The notes under the pieces: model-generated
Told to the model about the DNA's origin: nothing
Database searches by the model: none
Seen by the model: only the letters and a program-made list of their open reading frames with translations
Source of the DNA: an uncultured delta proteobacterium
Lineage (GTDB): Bacteria; Myxococcota_A; Polyangia; Fen-1088
Assembly: GCA_963796685.1 (NCBI GenBank)
Contig: CAWCMR010000006.1
Location: forward strand, 192,001 to 256,000
Reading direction: 5' to 3'
Length of the DNA stretch: 64,000 nt
Shown here: piece by piece, positions 47,819-58,102 of the stretch
Position numbering within the stretch: the stretch's first letter is position 1
How the letters are laid out: every line of letters begins with the position of its first letter
Position numbers and translations under genes: made by a program

Positions 47819-48919
47819 ATGGCAACGATCGATTTCGGTGGAGTCAAAGAAGAAGTCATCACGCGCGAAGAGTTCCCGATCAAGAAGGCGCTCGAGGTTC
47901 TCAAGAACGAGACCATCGCGGTGATCGGCTACGGCGTCCAAGGCCCGGCCCAGGCGCTCAACATGAAGGACAACGGCTTCAACGTCATCATCGGCCAGGC
48001 GTCCAAGTTCAAGCGGGACTGGGATCGCGCCATCGCCGACGGTTGGGTGCCGGGCAAGACCCTGTTCGAGATCGAAGAGGCGGCCGAGAAGGGCACCATC
48101 GTGCAGATGCTGGTGTCGGATGCCGCGCAGAAGGCCATCTGGCCCGAGGTCAAGAAGCACCTCAAGAAGGGCGACGCCATCTACTTTTCGCACGGCTTCT
48201 CCATCGTCTACAAGGAGCAGACCGGCGTGATTCCGCCCGCCGACGTGGACGTCATCATGGTCGCGCCCAAGGGCTCGGGCCTGAACGTGCGCCGCAACTT
48301 CCTCTCGGGCGCCGGCATCAACAGCAGCTTCGCCGTCGAGCAGGACGCCACCGGGCGCGCCAAGGATCGCGCCATGGCCATCGGCATCGCGGTGGGCTCG
48401 GGTTACCTCTTCCCCACCACCTTCAAGCAGGAGGTCTTCAGCGACCTGACCGGTGAGCGCGGCGTGCTCATGGGCGCCCTGGCCGGCATCATGGACGCGC
48501 AGTACGACGTGCTGCGCGCCAACGGCCACAGCCCCAGCGAGGCCTTCAACGAGACCGTCGAGGAGCTGACCCAGAGCCTCATCCGCCTGGTCGACGAGAA
48601 CGGCATGGACTGGATGTACTCGAACTGCTCGGCCACGGCGCAGCGGGGCGCGCTCGACTGGCGCCCGCGCTTCAAGCAAGCCGTCATGCCGGTGTTCGAG
48701 CTGCTCTACGACCGCGTCTCGTCGGGCAAAGAGTGCGCCCGCGTGCTGGCGTCGACGGGTGGACCGAACTACCAGCAAGAGCTGGGCAAGGAGCTGGCCG
48801 AGCTCGGCAACAGCGAGATCTGGCGCGCCGGCAAGGCCACCCGGTCCCTCCGTCCCAAGGAGGCCGCCAAGGCCATCTCCGCCGACACCAAGGGCATCGG
48901 CGGCCGCAGTCAGAACTAG
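47819..48919 (+). CDS. ilvC: Ketol-acid reductoisomerase
   Basis: IAVIGYGVQG, FSHGF, VAPKGSG, SDLTGERGVLMG, NCSATAQRGA; AGGAG RBS. Confidence 0.96.
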   Translation: MATIDFGGVKEEVITREEFPIKKALEVLKNETIAVIGYGVQGPAQALNMKDNGFNVIIGQASKFKRDWDRAIADGWVPGKTLFEIEEAAEKGTIVQMLVSDAAQKAIWPEVKKHLKKGDAIYFSHGFSIVYKEQTGVIPPADVDVIMVAPKGSGLNVRRNFLSGAGINSSFAVEQDATGRAKDRAMAIGIAVGSGYLFPTTFKQEVFSDLTGERGVLMGALAGIMDAQYDVLRANGHSPSEAFNETVEELTQSLIRLVDENGMDWMYSNCSATAQRGALDWRPRFKQAVMPVFELLYDRVSSGKECARVLASTGGPNYQQELGKELAELGNSEIWRAGKATRSLRPKEAAKAISADTKGIGGRSQN

Positions 48920-48994
48920 CTGGGGCTGGCGCCCGGCGCCAGGGGGAAGGAACGAAGGGGGCGGATCGTCGCTCTCCCTGATCCCGCGACAAGG

Positions 48995-49108
48995 GTGGTC
49001 GTGGACGTAGACGGCTTACCGTGGCCGTAGGCGTCTTCGCCGTCGTGGCCGACGGCAAGTACAACCGGCCACGGCCACGGCCACGGCTACGACCACGGCC
49101 GCGACCTT
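48995..49108. repeat. Intergenic hexamer repeat tract (CGTGGN then CCACGG, mutually inverted)
   Basis: ggccacggccacggccacggctacgaccacggcc preceded by complementary cgtggacgta/cgtggccgta units. Confidence 0.55.
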
Positions 49109-49199
49109 CCGCGGCTATCGCGGGATGAGGGGATCTGCGCCCTTCTTGCGCTCGCTGTTTTCTCTGTGCGCTCCCTGTCCACGTGGTTAGATCCAGCCC

Positions 49200-51470
49200 G
49201 TGCTCCTCCCCAAATCCGCGCTCGCTTCCAGCATCACGGCGCAGATCGGTCCCACCAACACCGGCAAGACCCATCGCGCGGTCGAGCGCATGCTCGGCCA
49301 CGAATCGGGCATGATCGGCTTGCCCCTGCGCCTGCTCGCGCGCGAGATCTACGATCGGGTTTCGGCGCGCGTGGGCGAAGGCGCGGTGGCGTTGGTCACC
49401 GGCGAGGAGAAGCGCATGCCGCCCCGGCCGCGCTACTTCATCTGCACCGTCGAGGCCATGCCCGCGGGGCGCGAGGTCGACTTCCTGGCCGTCGACGAAA
49501 TCCATCTGGCCGGCCACGTGGAACGTGGACACGTGTTCACCGATCGGATGCTTCACTGGCGCGGACGGCTCGAAACCTGGCTGCTCGGCGCTGACACCAT
49601 CCGGCCCGTGCTCGAGCGCCTGGTCCCCACCGCGGTCATCGAACGCAAGCCGCGCCTCTCGCGTCTGTCGTGGGCGGGCAATCTTGCCCTGCGGGCGCTG
49701 CCACCGCGCACCGCGGTGGTGGCATTTTCGGTGGATCGCGTGTACGAGCTGGCCGAGAGACTGCGTGCCCGCCGCGGTGGCGCTGCTGTGGTGATGGGCG
49801 CGCTATCGCCGAGGGCGCGCAACGCGCAGGTCGCCATGTATCAGTCGGGCGAGGTCGACTACATGGTGGCCACCGATGCCATCGGCATGGGGCTCAACAT
49901 GGACGTCGACTGCGTGGCCTTCGCGGATCTGCGCAAGTTCGACGGGCGCAAGCTGCGCGAGCTGGAGGACTCCGAGTTGGCGCAGATCGCGGGCCGCGCG
50001 GGTCGTCACCACAACAACGGCAAGTTCGTCACGCTGGCCCCGCTGTCCGAGCTGCCCCCGTCCACCGTCAGGGCCATCGAGGACCATCGGTTTCCGGCCC
50101 AGACCAGCGTGTACTGGCGCAATTCCGACCTCGATCTTTCCTCGCTGGAAACCGTCGCGGCGTCGCTGGCGCGCAAGCCGATGCAGTCCTGTCTCGAGAT
50201 GGCGGCCGATGCCGACGACGCACGCGCGCTGGTGCGCCTGGGTGCGGACGCCGAGATCGCGGCGCGCTGCCGGTCGAGCAAGAATGTCGCGTTGCTGTGG
50301 CAGGTTTGCCAGATCCCCGACTTTCGCCAGCTGCAACTGGATGACCACTTCAAACTGTTGCGAGCCGTGTTCCTGCAACTTACCGGCCCACGCGGACGGT
50401 TGGAAAAGGACTGGATCGCGCGACACCTGGAACGGCTGTCGGAGCTGCAAGGCGACATCGATACCTTGCTCGCGCGGATGGCCTTCATCCGGACCTGGAC
50501 GTACATCACCCACCACACGCGTTGGCTCGACGACGCGCAGGCCTGGCAAGAACAGGCGCGCGCCCTGGAAGACGAGCTCAGCGATGCCCTGCACGACAAG
50601 TTGGTGGCCAGGTTCGTCGATGCCGGCAACCGCAGAGGCCGTGGCCGGGCTCCGGTCAGGGGCGCCTTTGCCGAGCAGCTGCGCCACGCCATGACCCGGA
50701 CGGCCGACGGAGCTTCGGTGGAGGTGGCGGATCCCGCGAGATGGGTGGAAGACTTGGTCGAGGCCGGCGACGACCGCTTTGGCCTCGGCGACGACGGACG
50801 AATCCTCGGCGAGGGCAGGGCGCTCGGGCGCATGTCCCAGGGCGCAGACAGACTGCGTCCCGAGGTCACGGTCTCGGTGAACGACCTCGGCCCCGGGGCC
50901 AAAATGCGTCTTCAGCGGCGGCTGGTGGCCTGGACGCGCGACCTGGCCGAAACCCTCTTGTCTCCGCTGCGCGACGAACGCCTCGCCAAGCTGGGCTCGG
51001 CGGCGCGCGGGATCCTCTACCAGCTCGAACAAGGACTCGGTACCGCGCTGTCCGGCCGGGCCCAGGCGCAATTGCGCCAGATCGAGCAGACCGATCGCAG
51101 TCGGTTCGGGCGCGCGGGGATCAAGCTCGGGCGCGAGGTCGTGTATGCGACGGCCCTCCTTCAGCCGGAGGCTCTGCTCGTGCGCGCGACCTTGTGCCGC
51201 GCCTTTTTGCCGCCCGGAATTCCCTTCGAGATTCCGTCGCCGCAGTCCCGATTCTTCCTGCCCACGGACGAGATTGACGACGACACCTGCCTGGCCATGG
51301 GCTTTCCCGTGGTGGCGGGCGTGGCGATTCGCGCGGACGAGGCGGAGGCCATCGCGGCCCACGTCGCAGGCGGTGCTCGCGCCAGCGCCATCGCGCGCCG
51401 CCTGGGCTGCGACACCGACATCGCCACGGCGATTTTCGAAGCGCTGAACCAACGCCGCCACCGCCGCTGA
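49200..51470 (+). CDS. SUV3/MgpS-like ATP-dependent helicase
   Basis: GPTNTGKT, PLRLLARE, CTVE, DEIH, ATDAIGMGLN, QIAGRAGR. Confidence 0.92.
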   Translation: MLLPKSALASSITAQIGPTNTGKTHRAVERMLGHESGMIGLPLRLLAREIYDRVSARVGEGAVALVTGEEKRMPPRPRYFICTVEAMPAGREVDFLAVDEIHLAGHVERGHVFTDRMLHWRGRLETWLLGADTIRPVLERLVPTAVIERKPRLSRLSWAGNLALRALPPRTAVVAFSVDRVYELAERLRARRGGAAVVMGALSPRARNAQVAMYQSGEVDYMVATDAIGMGLNMDVDCVAFADLRKFDGRKLRELEDSELAQIAGRAGRHHNNGKFVTLAPLSELPPSTVRAIEDHRFPAQTSVYWRNSDLDLSSLETVAASLARKPMQSCLEMAADADDARALVRLGADAEIAARCRSSKNVALLWQVCQIPDFRQLQLDDHFKLLRAVFLQLTGPRGRLEKDWIARHLERLSELQGDIDTLLARMAFIRTWTYITHHTRWLDDAQAWQEQARALEDELSDALHDKLVARFVDAGNRRGRGRAPVRGAFAEQLRHAMTRTADGASVEVADPARWVEDLVEAGDDRFGLGDDGRILGEGRALGRMSQGADRLRPEVTVSVNDLGPGAKMRLQRRLVAWTRDLAETLLSPLRDERLAKLGSAARGILYQLEQGLGTALSGRAQAQLRQIEQTDRSRFGRAGIKLGREVVYATALLQPEALLVRATLCRAFLPPGIPFEIPSPQSRFFLPTDEIDDDTCLAMGFPVVAGVAIRADEAEAIAAHVAGGARASAIARRLGCDTDIATAIFEALNQRRHRR

Positions 51471-51692
51471 CCTTCCGGTCTCTGTTGACCTGTCCAAGAA
51501 TTGGACAGGTCGACGGAAGCCGAGCCAAAGGCTCGGCCGCGGGTGGGGTGAAGTCCGCGAATTCACTTCGCGGACGAGGGGCGGGCGGCGGCCCGCCCCT
51601 TTGAAATCTTCAAGACGGGTCCATTTATGGACACGTCTTGCGTCCTCCATCTCCTCCGCGCTCTCTTCCAGCCCGATGTTACACTGCGGGCG

Positions 51693-52727
51693 ATGCAAGA
51701 CGAGTCGTACGACGTGGTCATCGTGGGCGCGGGCCCGGGCGGGCTTTCGTGCGCGCGGGCGCTGGCGGGCTCGGGCCAGCGCGTGCTGGTGCTGGAAAAG
51801 AGCGACGGTTTGGGCAAGAAGATCTGCGCCGGCGAGCTGACCGCCAAGGTCTTGCCCGGCGAGAACTTCGACCGCGGCCGGCCATGGACCGAGATCCACG
51901 TCGGCAACGACCACTCTTGCCACCGCATCGAGCTGCCACGCCCTTTCGCCTGGACCACCGGCCGACAGGGAATCGAGAGCCACCTCATGAAGGGCTGCGA
52001 CGCCGAGGTGCGATTCGGCGAGCCGGTCCAGACCATCACGTCCGAATTCGTCGCGACCCGCACCCGCCGCTACCGCTACAAGAAGTTGGTGGGCGCCGAC
52101 GGGGCGAATTCGATCGTGCGCCGTCACCTCGAGCTGCCGCGCGAGACAATCGTCGGCTGGGCTTACCACTTCGTGGTCGACCAGCCAGCCACCGAGTTTC
52201 ACATCTATTGGTTGCCGCGCACCTTCCCCGCCGGCTACGGCTACATGATGTCGCGCAGCCGCGGCCAGACCATGGTGGGCCTTGCCTTCGAGGGCAGCCG
52301 CTTCGATCGCGAGGTGGCGGCGCGGGCCGGCGCGTGGGTGGCCGAGCGCTTCGGCCTGGACGTGTCCAAGCTGCGCCACGAGGCGGCCAAGGGCAACGCC
52401 GACTACCGCGGCTGGCGCTTCGGCGACGTGTGCCTGGTCGGCGAGGCCGCCGGCCTGCTCAATCCGCTTTCGACCGAGGGTATCTACTACGCCATTCGCA
52501 GCGGCGAGGGGGTAGGCAAGTTTTTGCGTGGCGATGCGTCGGGCGAGGATCTGCTGCGGCACCTTGCCCGGGTGCACGGGCGGCAGGTGCGCATCTTCAA
52601 GTTGGTGACCCACAAGAAGCTGCCCTTCTGCTGGATGGTGGATTGGGTGATGCGCGATCCACGCGCGGGGCTGCGGCGCTGGCTCCTGCAGTGGGTGCTG
52701 TACTGGCTCATGGACCGGTCGGGATAA
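51693..52727 (+). CDS. FAD-dependent oxidoreductase (geranylgeranyl reductase family)
   Basis: DVVIVGAGPGG, KICAG, GADGANS, LVGEAAG...EGIYYA. Confidence 0.88.
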   Translation: MQDESYDVVIVGAGPGGLSCARALAGSGQRVLVLEKSDGLGKKICAGELTAKVLPGENFDRGRPWTEIHVGNDHSCHRIELPRPFAWTTGRQGIESHLMKGCDAEVRFGEPVQTITSEFVATRTRRYRYKKLVGADGANSIVRRHLELPRETIVGWAYHFVVDQPATEFHIYWLPRTFPAGYGYMMSRSRGQTMVGLAFEGSRFDREVAARAGAWVAERFGLDVSKLRHEAAKGNADYRGWRFGDVCLVGEAAGLLNPLSTEGIYYAIRSGEGVGKFLRGDASGEDLLRHLARVHGRQVRIFKLVTHKKLPFCWMVDWVMRDPRAGLRRWLLQWVLYWLMDRSG

Positions 52728-52959
52728 GGGCGACACGAGCAGGCGTAAGGAGAAATTGTGTTCGGCCGGGCCAAGAGCGTGGCAAAATGGCGTTGCCGGG
52801 GCGAAGATCCGGGCGGGACCGCGGGCGTTCCATGCCTCAAGTCCACGGGAAAAACCGACGAAAACCGACTGTAGGATGGGGTGACTGTGCGCCTCGGCAA
52901 ACGCGCACGACGGCTGGAAATCAGCACCCCATACAAGTTCCCCGCCAAGGGAGGTTTCT

Positions 52960-53349
52960 GTGAACGTTGTCAAGACTCGCAAGGTACTCGTGGTCGAGGA
53001 CTCGCGCCTCATCCACAAGATGTATGAGGTGATGCTTCGGCCGTGCATGCTTATCGCGGCGCACGACGGGCGCGAAGGGCTTGCCCGCCTGGCCGAGAAC
53101 CCGGACGTCGATGTCATCATCCTGGACATCAACATGCCCCACATGACCGGGCTCGAATTCCTGGGCCAGGTGAAGGCCAAGCCCGAATTCGCGACCATTC
53201 CGGTCATCATTGTCTCCACCGAGGGCAAGGAAGAGGACGTCGCGCGCGGGCTGCGGGCCGGCGCGGTGGCGTACCTCAAGAAGCCCTTCCAGCGCGAGGA
53301 TCTGCTCAAGATCATCGGCCGGCTCACGCTCAAGCAGCCTTCCCCATGA
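52960..53349 (+). CDS. cheY: CheY-like response regulator
   Basis: VVEDS, LDINMP, STE, KKPF; GGAGG RBS; heads the che cluster. Confidence 0.85.
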   Translation: MNVVKTRKVLVVEDSRLIHKMYEVMLRPCMLIAAHDGREGLARLAENPDVDVIILDINMPHMTGLEFLGQVKAKPEFATIPVIIVSTEGKEEDVARGLRAGAVAYLKKPFQREDLLKIIGRLTLKQPSP

Positions 53350-54116
53350 AGGACGGTGATGCCATGGCCGAAGGTCCACGCAAAACCGGCTATTCAGGGG
53401 CGGACAGCAGCGATCCCTTGGCGACCCTGATGCGGGCGCGCCAGCTCATCCACGACGCCCAGGCCGCCATCGAGGAGGCCAGCAAGTCGGTGGTCCAGCA
53501 GCGCACGGCTTCGTCAGAGCTTCCCGAGCACGCCTTGCGCCTGGCCAAGGCCGAGAACGAACGCGAGGAGCTGGCCGCGCGGCTCGCCGAGGTCGAGCAC
53601 CAGGTGGGGCGTCTCATGACCTTGTACGTGGCCACCTACCAACTGCACGCCACCCTGGATCCGGCGGACGTGCAATCGACCATCGCCGAGATCGCCGTCA
53701 ACCTGCTGGGCGCCGAGCGGTTTGCCCTGCTGCTGCGCGACGAGGACGAGAGCGCCCTCGAGATCCGGCTGCAAGAGGGCGCCATCGATGCGACCTGGTC
53801 GGGGGGCACGACCTACACCGGCGGCGATCCGCTGATCGACGCCTCGCTGCTCGACGGCATGCTGCGCTTCGGGCCGGTCGAGAATTCGCCCGTCCTGGTG
53901 ACCGTGCCCTTGCGCGTGCAGGACGTGACGGTGGGCGCGCTCATCATCACCAAGTTGTTCGAGCACAAGGGCAAGCTGGACGAGGAGGATCGCGACCTGC
54001 TCGATCTGCTCGGGGCGCACGCGGCGTCCGCGCTTTTCGCGTCGCGGGTGTACTCGCGGGCCGCGCGCAAGCTGCGAACCCTCGAGGGGCTGATCAAGCT
54101 GGTCAAGCAGGGCTAG
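53346..54116 (+). CDS. Coiled-coil + GAF domain protein
   Basis: Coiled coil, LYVATYQLHATLD, VPLRVQD..VGAL, EDRDLLDLLGAHAASAL. Confidence 0.8.
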   Translation: MKDGDAMAEGPRKTGYSGADSSDPLATLMRARQLIHDAQAAIEEASKSVVQQRTASSELPEHALRLAKAENEREELAARLAEVEHQVGRLMTLYVATYQLHATLDPADVQSTIAEIAVNLLGAERFALLLRDEDESALEIRLQEGAIDATWSGGTTYTGGDPLIDASLLDGMLRFGPVENSPVLVTVPLRVQDVTVGALIITKLFEHKGKLDEEDRDLLDLLGAHAASALFASRVYSRAARKLRTLEGLIKLVKQG

Positions 54117-54148
54117 ACCGCCGGGGGAGCGCCCCCAAACGAGGATGC

Positions 54149-55810
54149 ATGAGCTTCCGAGGCATGATCGAAGACGTTGCGGTTGCCGATGTGATGCAAC
54201 TGATTCGGCTGGGCGGTCACTCGGGAACTCTCACCGTCAACAACCGTAGCGAAGAAGGCTTCATCGGCTTCGAGCGCGGACGCATCGTGAGCGCGTGGAA
54301 TCCGCGCACCCGGCGGGTCGGCGAGCTGCTGGTCGCCGTCTCCGCCATCGATGAGGGCACCTTGCTGCGCGCCCTGGAAACACAGAGCTCCGAGCGACCG
54401 CGGCGAAGCATCGGTCAGATCCTGGTGCGCATGGGCAGCACCACCCCGGAGGCGATTCGCGACGTGATGGCCGCCGAGATCGAACGCGTGGTGGGCGAGA
54501 TGCTCTCGTGGAAATCGGGGACCTTCGAATTCGCCATCGACGATCTTACGCCCATGGTCGAGGTTACCCGTTTCATCGGCGCCCCCAAGGTCGATCTGGA
54601 CACCCAGACGGTGCTGATGGACGTCCTGCGCCGAATCGATGAGACCGGCACGTCGGGCGAGTTTCCCGCGGCCGGGGTGGGGGACGCGGAGGGGGGCGCG
54701 GCGAAGCGCAGCCCGCAAACCCACAGCAGCGAATTCGAGCCACCCGCCCTCGAGGAAGGGGGCGAAGCCGATGCGCCCCCCTCCGATTTGGACCTCCAGG
54801 CAAGGTCCGGCGACCGGGTGGCCTACGAGCCGACCCCGCGTCCGCAAAGCGAGCGTCTACGCTATCAGATCGTGTCTCCGGACGCCGACCTCCTGGCGCG
54901 GCTCAACCAGTTGATGGCAACGTCCGGCGATCGTGTTGCCGCGGTCGCCCTGCGCGACGCCGGTGCCTCGCTGCTCGGCGAATCGCCGCCCATCGTGGTG
55001 GTCGACTTGCGCTACCAGGTCCACGCCTTGACCACGCTGTCGGCGCTGTGCCGCTCGCGCCCGCGGGCCGCGGTCATCGCGCTCTTCGAAGGCCGCGCAC
55101 CTTTGCGCGAGATGTACAAATCGGGCGTGCTCTCGGTGACCTCGTCGGTGCCCGAAACCATCGTGGCGTGCATGCTATCCGCGGCCCGGCAGCGCAAGTT
55201 CATGGCCAACGAGCACGCCATCACGGAGGGGATCCGCGCCAGCTTCGCGCGCCTGCGACGGATCATCGCCGACCTACGCTCGGGACTGCTCGGCACGTCG
55301 GTGTCCTCGAACTTGATGGCGGCGGTGGCCGAATCCCTCGACCGCGGGGTTCTCTTCGTGCCGCATCTCGATCGCATGGTGGCGCTGGGGGCGTTCGGCA
55401 ACACGAGCTGGGGAGCGCCGCTGTCCAAGACGACCCAAGGGCTCATCATGGCCATCGGCGGCAGCGGGGTGTTCAAGGATTGCGTGACCGACAGCCGTTC
55501 GCGCCGCCTGCGCTACGACGAAGCCGACTTGCCGCAGGCCTTCATCGAAGCCGTGGATCGCCCGAGGACGGGGGAGATCGCAGTCTTGCCGGTGCCGGGC
55601 AGCGAACGCGTGATCGCCGCCATCTACCTCGACAACGGGACGCGGGATCGGGAGATCGGCGACATCGAAATCTTCGAGCTGGCGGCCTTTCAACTTGGAC
55701 TGGCGCTGGAAAATGAATTTCTGCGTCGGGCGAACCCCGGTCAGGACGTGACGTCCGCCATCCTCGGCATGTGCAAGAACGGCGGTGGCAAGAGCGGGGG
55801 CAGCGGATAG
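54149..55810 (+). CDS. DUF4388 (PatA_N-like) + degenerate REC + GAF-like protein
   Basis: FRGMIEDVAVADVMQLI...SGTL, IGQILVRMG, WKSGTFEF; C-terminal IAAIYLDN. Confidence 0.8.
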   Translation: MSFRGMIEDVAVADVMQLIRLGGHSGTLTVNNRSEEGFIGFERGRIVSAWNPRTRRVGELLVAVSAIDEGTLLRALETQSSERPRRSIGQILVRMGSTTPEAIRDVMAAEIERVVGEMLSWKSGTFEFAIDDLTPMVEVTRFIGAPKVDLDTQTVLMDVLRRIDETGTSGEFPAAGVGDAEGGAAKRSPQTHSSEFEPPALEEGGEADAPPSDLDLQARSGDRVAYEPTPRPQSERLRYQIVSPDADLLARLNQLMATSGDRVAAVALRDAGASLLGESPPIVVVDLRYQVHALTTLSALCRSRPRAAVIALFEGRAPLREMYKSGVLSVTSSVPETIVACMLSAARQRKFMANEHAITEGIRASFARLRRIIADLRSGLLGTSVSSNLMAAVAESLDRGVLFVPHLDRMVALGAFGNTSWGAPLSKTTQGLIMAIGGSGVFKDCVTDSRSRRLRYDEADLPQAFIEAVDRPRTGEIAVLPVPGSERVIAAIYLDNGTRDREIGDIEIFELAAFQLGLALENEFLRRANPGQDVTSAILGMCKNGGGKSGGSG

Positions 55811-55818
55811 CTGGCAAG

Positions 55819-57540
55819 ATGGAAACCCTGTTTGCACCCCTGGCGAAAGACTTCGTCGACGAGTCGGCGCCTATCGCGCAAGAGGTGGGCGGACTGCTGC
55901 TCGAGCTCGAGCAAGCGTGGAGCACGGGCGCTGACGGCAAGCAGCTCTTGCGCGCGATTCGCGGCGGGTTGCACACCATCAAGGGCAACGGCGCCATGAT
56001 GGGCCTTTCGCCCATCGAGCGGGTGGCGCACGCCCTCGAGGACGTTTGTGGGCAGGTCGAGACCAGCCGGGCCGGCGAACGGTCCGGTCTCGTCCAGTGC
56101 CTTCTCGAGGGCTGCGACCTCCTGGGTGCTCTCATCCAATCCGCGCTGGTCGGCCAGGTGGACCCGCAGCCCGCGGACGCGTTCGTGGCCAGGGCGCGGG
56201 AAGCGAACGAAGCGGCCCGTTTGCCCAGGATGGCAGCGGCTCGCGCAGAAGCTCCGGTGCGCGGCGAAAGCGCGGGACATGGGCTTGGCCCCGCCGTCGA
56301 AGCCGAGGAGGGGCGGGGCAGCGCGCGCATCGCCGACTGCGATGTGGACGAGCTGCTGGAGTTGGCCGGGGAAACCATCGTGGGGCACACCGAGCTGGCG
56401 CGCGTGCATGGCCGGCTCGTGCGTGGCCACATCGAGGCCAGCGACATCGCGCTCATGGATCAGCTCCTGACCGATCTCGGCCGCACCTCGCGCGAGATGC
56501 GCCACAAGCTCTTGCGGGTCCGCCTGGCCCCCATCGCCACGCTCTTTCGCCGTTTCGGTCGCTTTCTGCGCGATCTGGCCCATGAACGGGGCCAGGCCAT
56601 CGAGCTTTGCATCGAGGGCGGAGAGACCGCCGTGGATCGTGCCATCATCAGCCGTCTGCACGAGCCCCTGGTCCATATCGTGCGCAACGCCGTCGCCCAC
56701 GGCATCGAATCCGCCAACGAGCGCGCGGCCCTCGGGAAGCCGGCCAAGGCGCAGCTTCTGCTCGGCGCTCGCCTGCGCGAGGGCCGGGTCAATGTCAGCA
56801 TCGCCGACGATGGGCGCGGCTTGGATCACGTCGCCATCGCGGCCAAGGCGAAGAGCCAGGGGCTCGACACCACCGGGTTCTCCGAGCGCGACCTCCAGCG
56901 CCTGATCTTTCGGTCCGGATTCTCGACCGCCTCGTCGGTGTCCAACCTCGCGGGACGCGGGGTGGGGCTCGACGTGGTGGCCAGTGTGGTGCAGGGCCTG
57001 GGAGGCAGCATCGATGTGCGCTCGACCCCGGGACGAGGCACGGTCTTCGTGCTCGACCTGCCCGTGACGGTGTCCTTGCAGAAGGCCGTGATCTTCGGCG
57101 TGGACAGCGAGACCTTCGCCATTCCTGCGGGGTTCGTTCTGGACGCCATGGAGAGTCGCGAAAAGGACATGCAGACCATCAATCGCGTCTTGCTTGTCTC
57201 CTGGCGTGGTGATTTCGTGCGCGCCGTGGACGCGGGACACCTGCTCGGTTGTCAGGGCTTGGCCCAGGCATGGGCGCGACCCTACGCCATCGTGTTGCAG
57301 GCCGGGAACAAGACTGGCGCGCTGCTGGTGGACTGGGTCTCGGGCGTGCAGGAGATCGTGGTCAAGCCCCTCGACGAGACCCTGGCGGGTTGCCATATGG
57401 TCGCCGGCGCGACGGTTCTGGCGCAAGGCCGCGTGGTTCCCATCCTCGACAGCGTCGAGGTCGTTCGTCGCGCAAGCGCCGCGCTCTTGCCCGAACCGTC
57501 CTTGGAGACGAAGGTGGAGGCCCACTACGATGTCTTCTGA
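55819..57540 (+). CDS. cheA: Chemotaxis histidine kinase CheA (Hpt, dimerisation, HATPase, CheW; no P2 or REC)
   Basis: LHTIKG, HIVRNAVAHGIE, DDGRG, GFST, GRGVGLDVV. Confidence 0.95.
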   Translation: METLFAPLAKDFVDESAPIAQEVGGLLLELEQAWSTGADGKQLLRAIRGGLHTIKGNGAMMGLSPIERVAHALEDVCGQVETSRAGERSGLVQCLLEGCDLLGALIQSALVGQVDPQPADAFVARAREANEAARLPRMAAARAEAPVRGESAGHGLGPAVEAEEGRGSARIADCDVDELLELAGETIVGHTELARVHGRLVRGHIEASDIALMDQLLTDLGRTSREMRHKLLRVRLAPIATLFRRFGRFLRDLAHERGQAIELCIEGGETAVDRAIISRLHEPLVHIVRNAVAHGIESANERAALGKPAKAQLLLGARLREGRVNVSIADDGRGLDHVAIAAKAKSQGLDTTGFSERDLQRLIFRSGFSTASSVSNLAGRGVGLDVVASVVQGLGGSIDVRSTPGRGTVFVLDLPVTVSLQKAVIFGVDSETFAIPAGFVLDAMESREKDMQTINRVLLVSWRGDFVRAVDAGHLLGCQGLAQAWARPYAIVLQAGNKTGALLVDWVSGVQEIVVKPLDETLAGCHMVAGATVLAQGRVVPILDSVEVVRRASAALLPEPSLETKVEAHYDVF

Positions 57541-58102
57541 TGCCGGTCGAACGGGGCAGGGCGAGGGCGGTGGCGCGGAGAACAAAGAACCCCTGCTGGC
57601 ATTCGCGGACGCCTTGGTCGCCGCCAACGAGCGGCAGGCCGGCGGGGCCGAAGGCGAGATCCGGCAGTTCGTGACTTTCTTCCTGCGCGAAGACGAGATC
57701 GGCATTCCCATCTTGCAGTGTCGAGAGATCGTGCGGGCGCCCGCCATCACCCGCGTGCCCGAGGCGCCCGATTACGTGCGCGGCGTGGTGAACCTGCGCG
57801 GTCGCGTGCTTCCGGCGGTGGACGTGCGCAAGTGCCTCGGCTACGAGGCCAGCCCGCCCACCGCCAGGGCACGCCTGCTGGTCGTGGAGGTCGCGGGGCG
57901 CGCCTTCGCGCTGCTCGTGGACAGGGTCGCGCGCATCCTCAAGCTGGCCTCCGCCGACATCGCACCGTCACCCGAGCCCGCCAGCCCCCGCTCGGCCCTT
58001 GGCGTGGCCCACGATGGCGACGCCGTGATTCACTTGACCGATGCGGAGCGCATTCTGCGACCCGGACCCGCTGCGTCCGTCCCAAGGAGTGACCAAGCAT
58101 GA
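57530..58102 (+). CDS. cheW: CheW adaptor
   Basis: [33 protein letters not shown]. Confidence 0.93.
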   Translation: MSSDAGRTGQGEGGGAENKEPLLAFADALVAANERQAGGAEGEIRQFVTFFLREDEIGIPILQCREIVRAPAITRVPEAPDYVRGVVNLRGRVLPAVDVRKCLGYEASPPTARARLLVVEVAGRAFALLVDRVARILKLASADIAPSPEPASPRSALGVAHDGDAVIHLTDAERILRPGPAASVPRSDQA

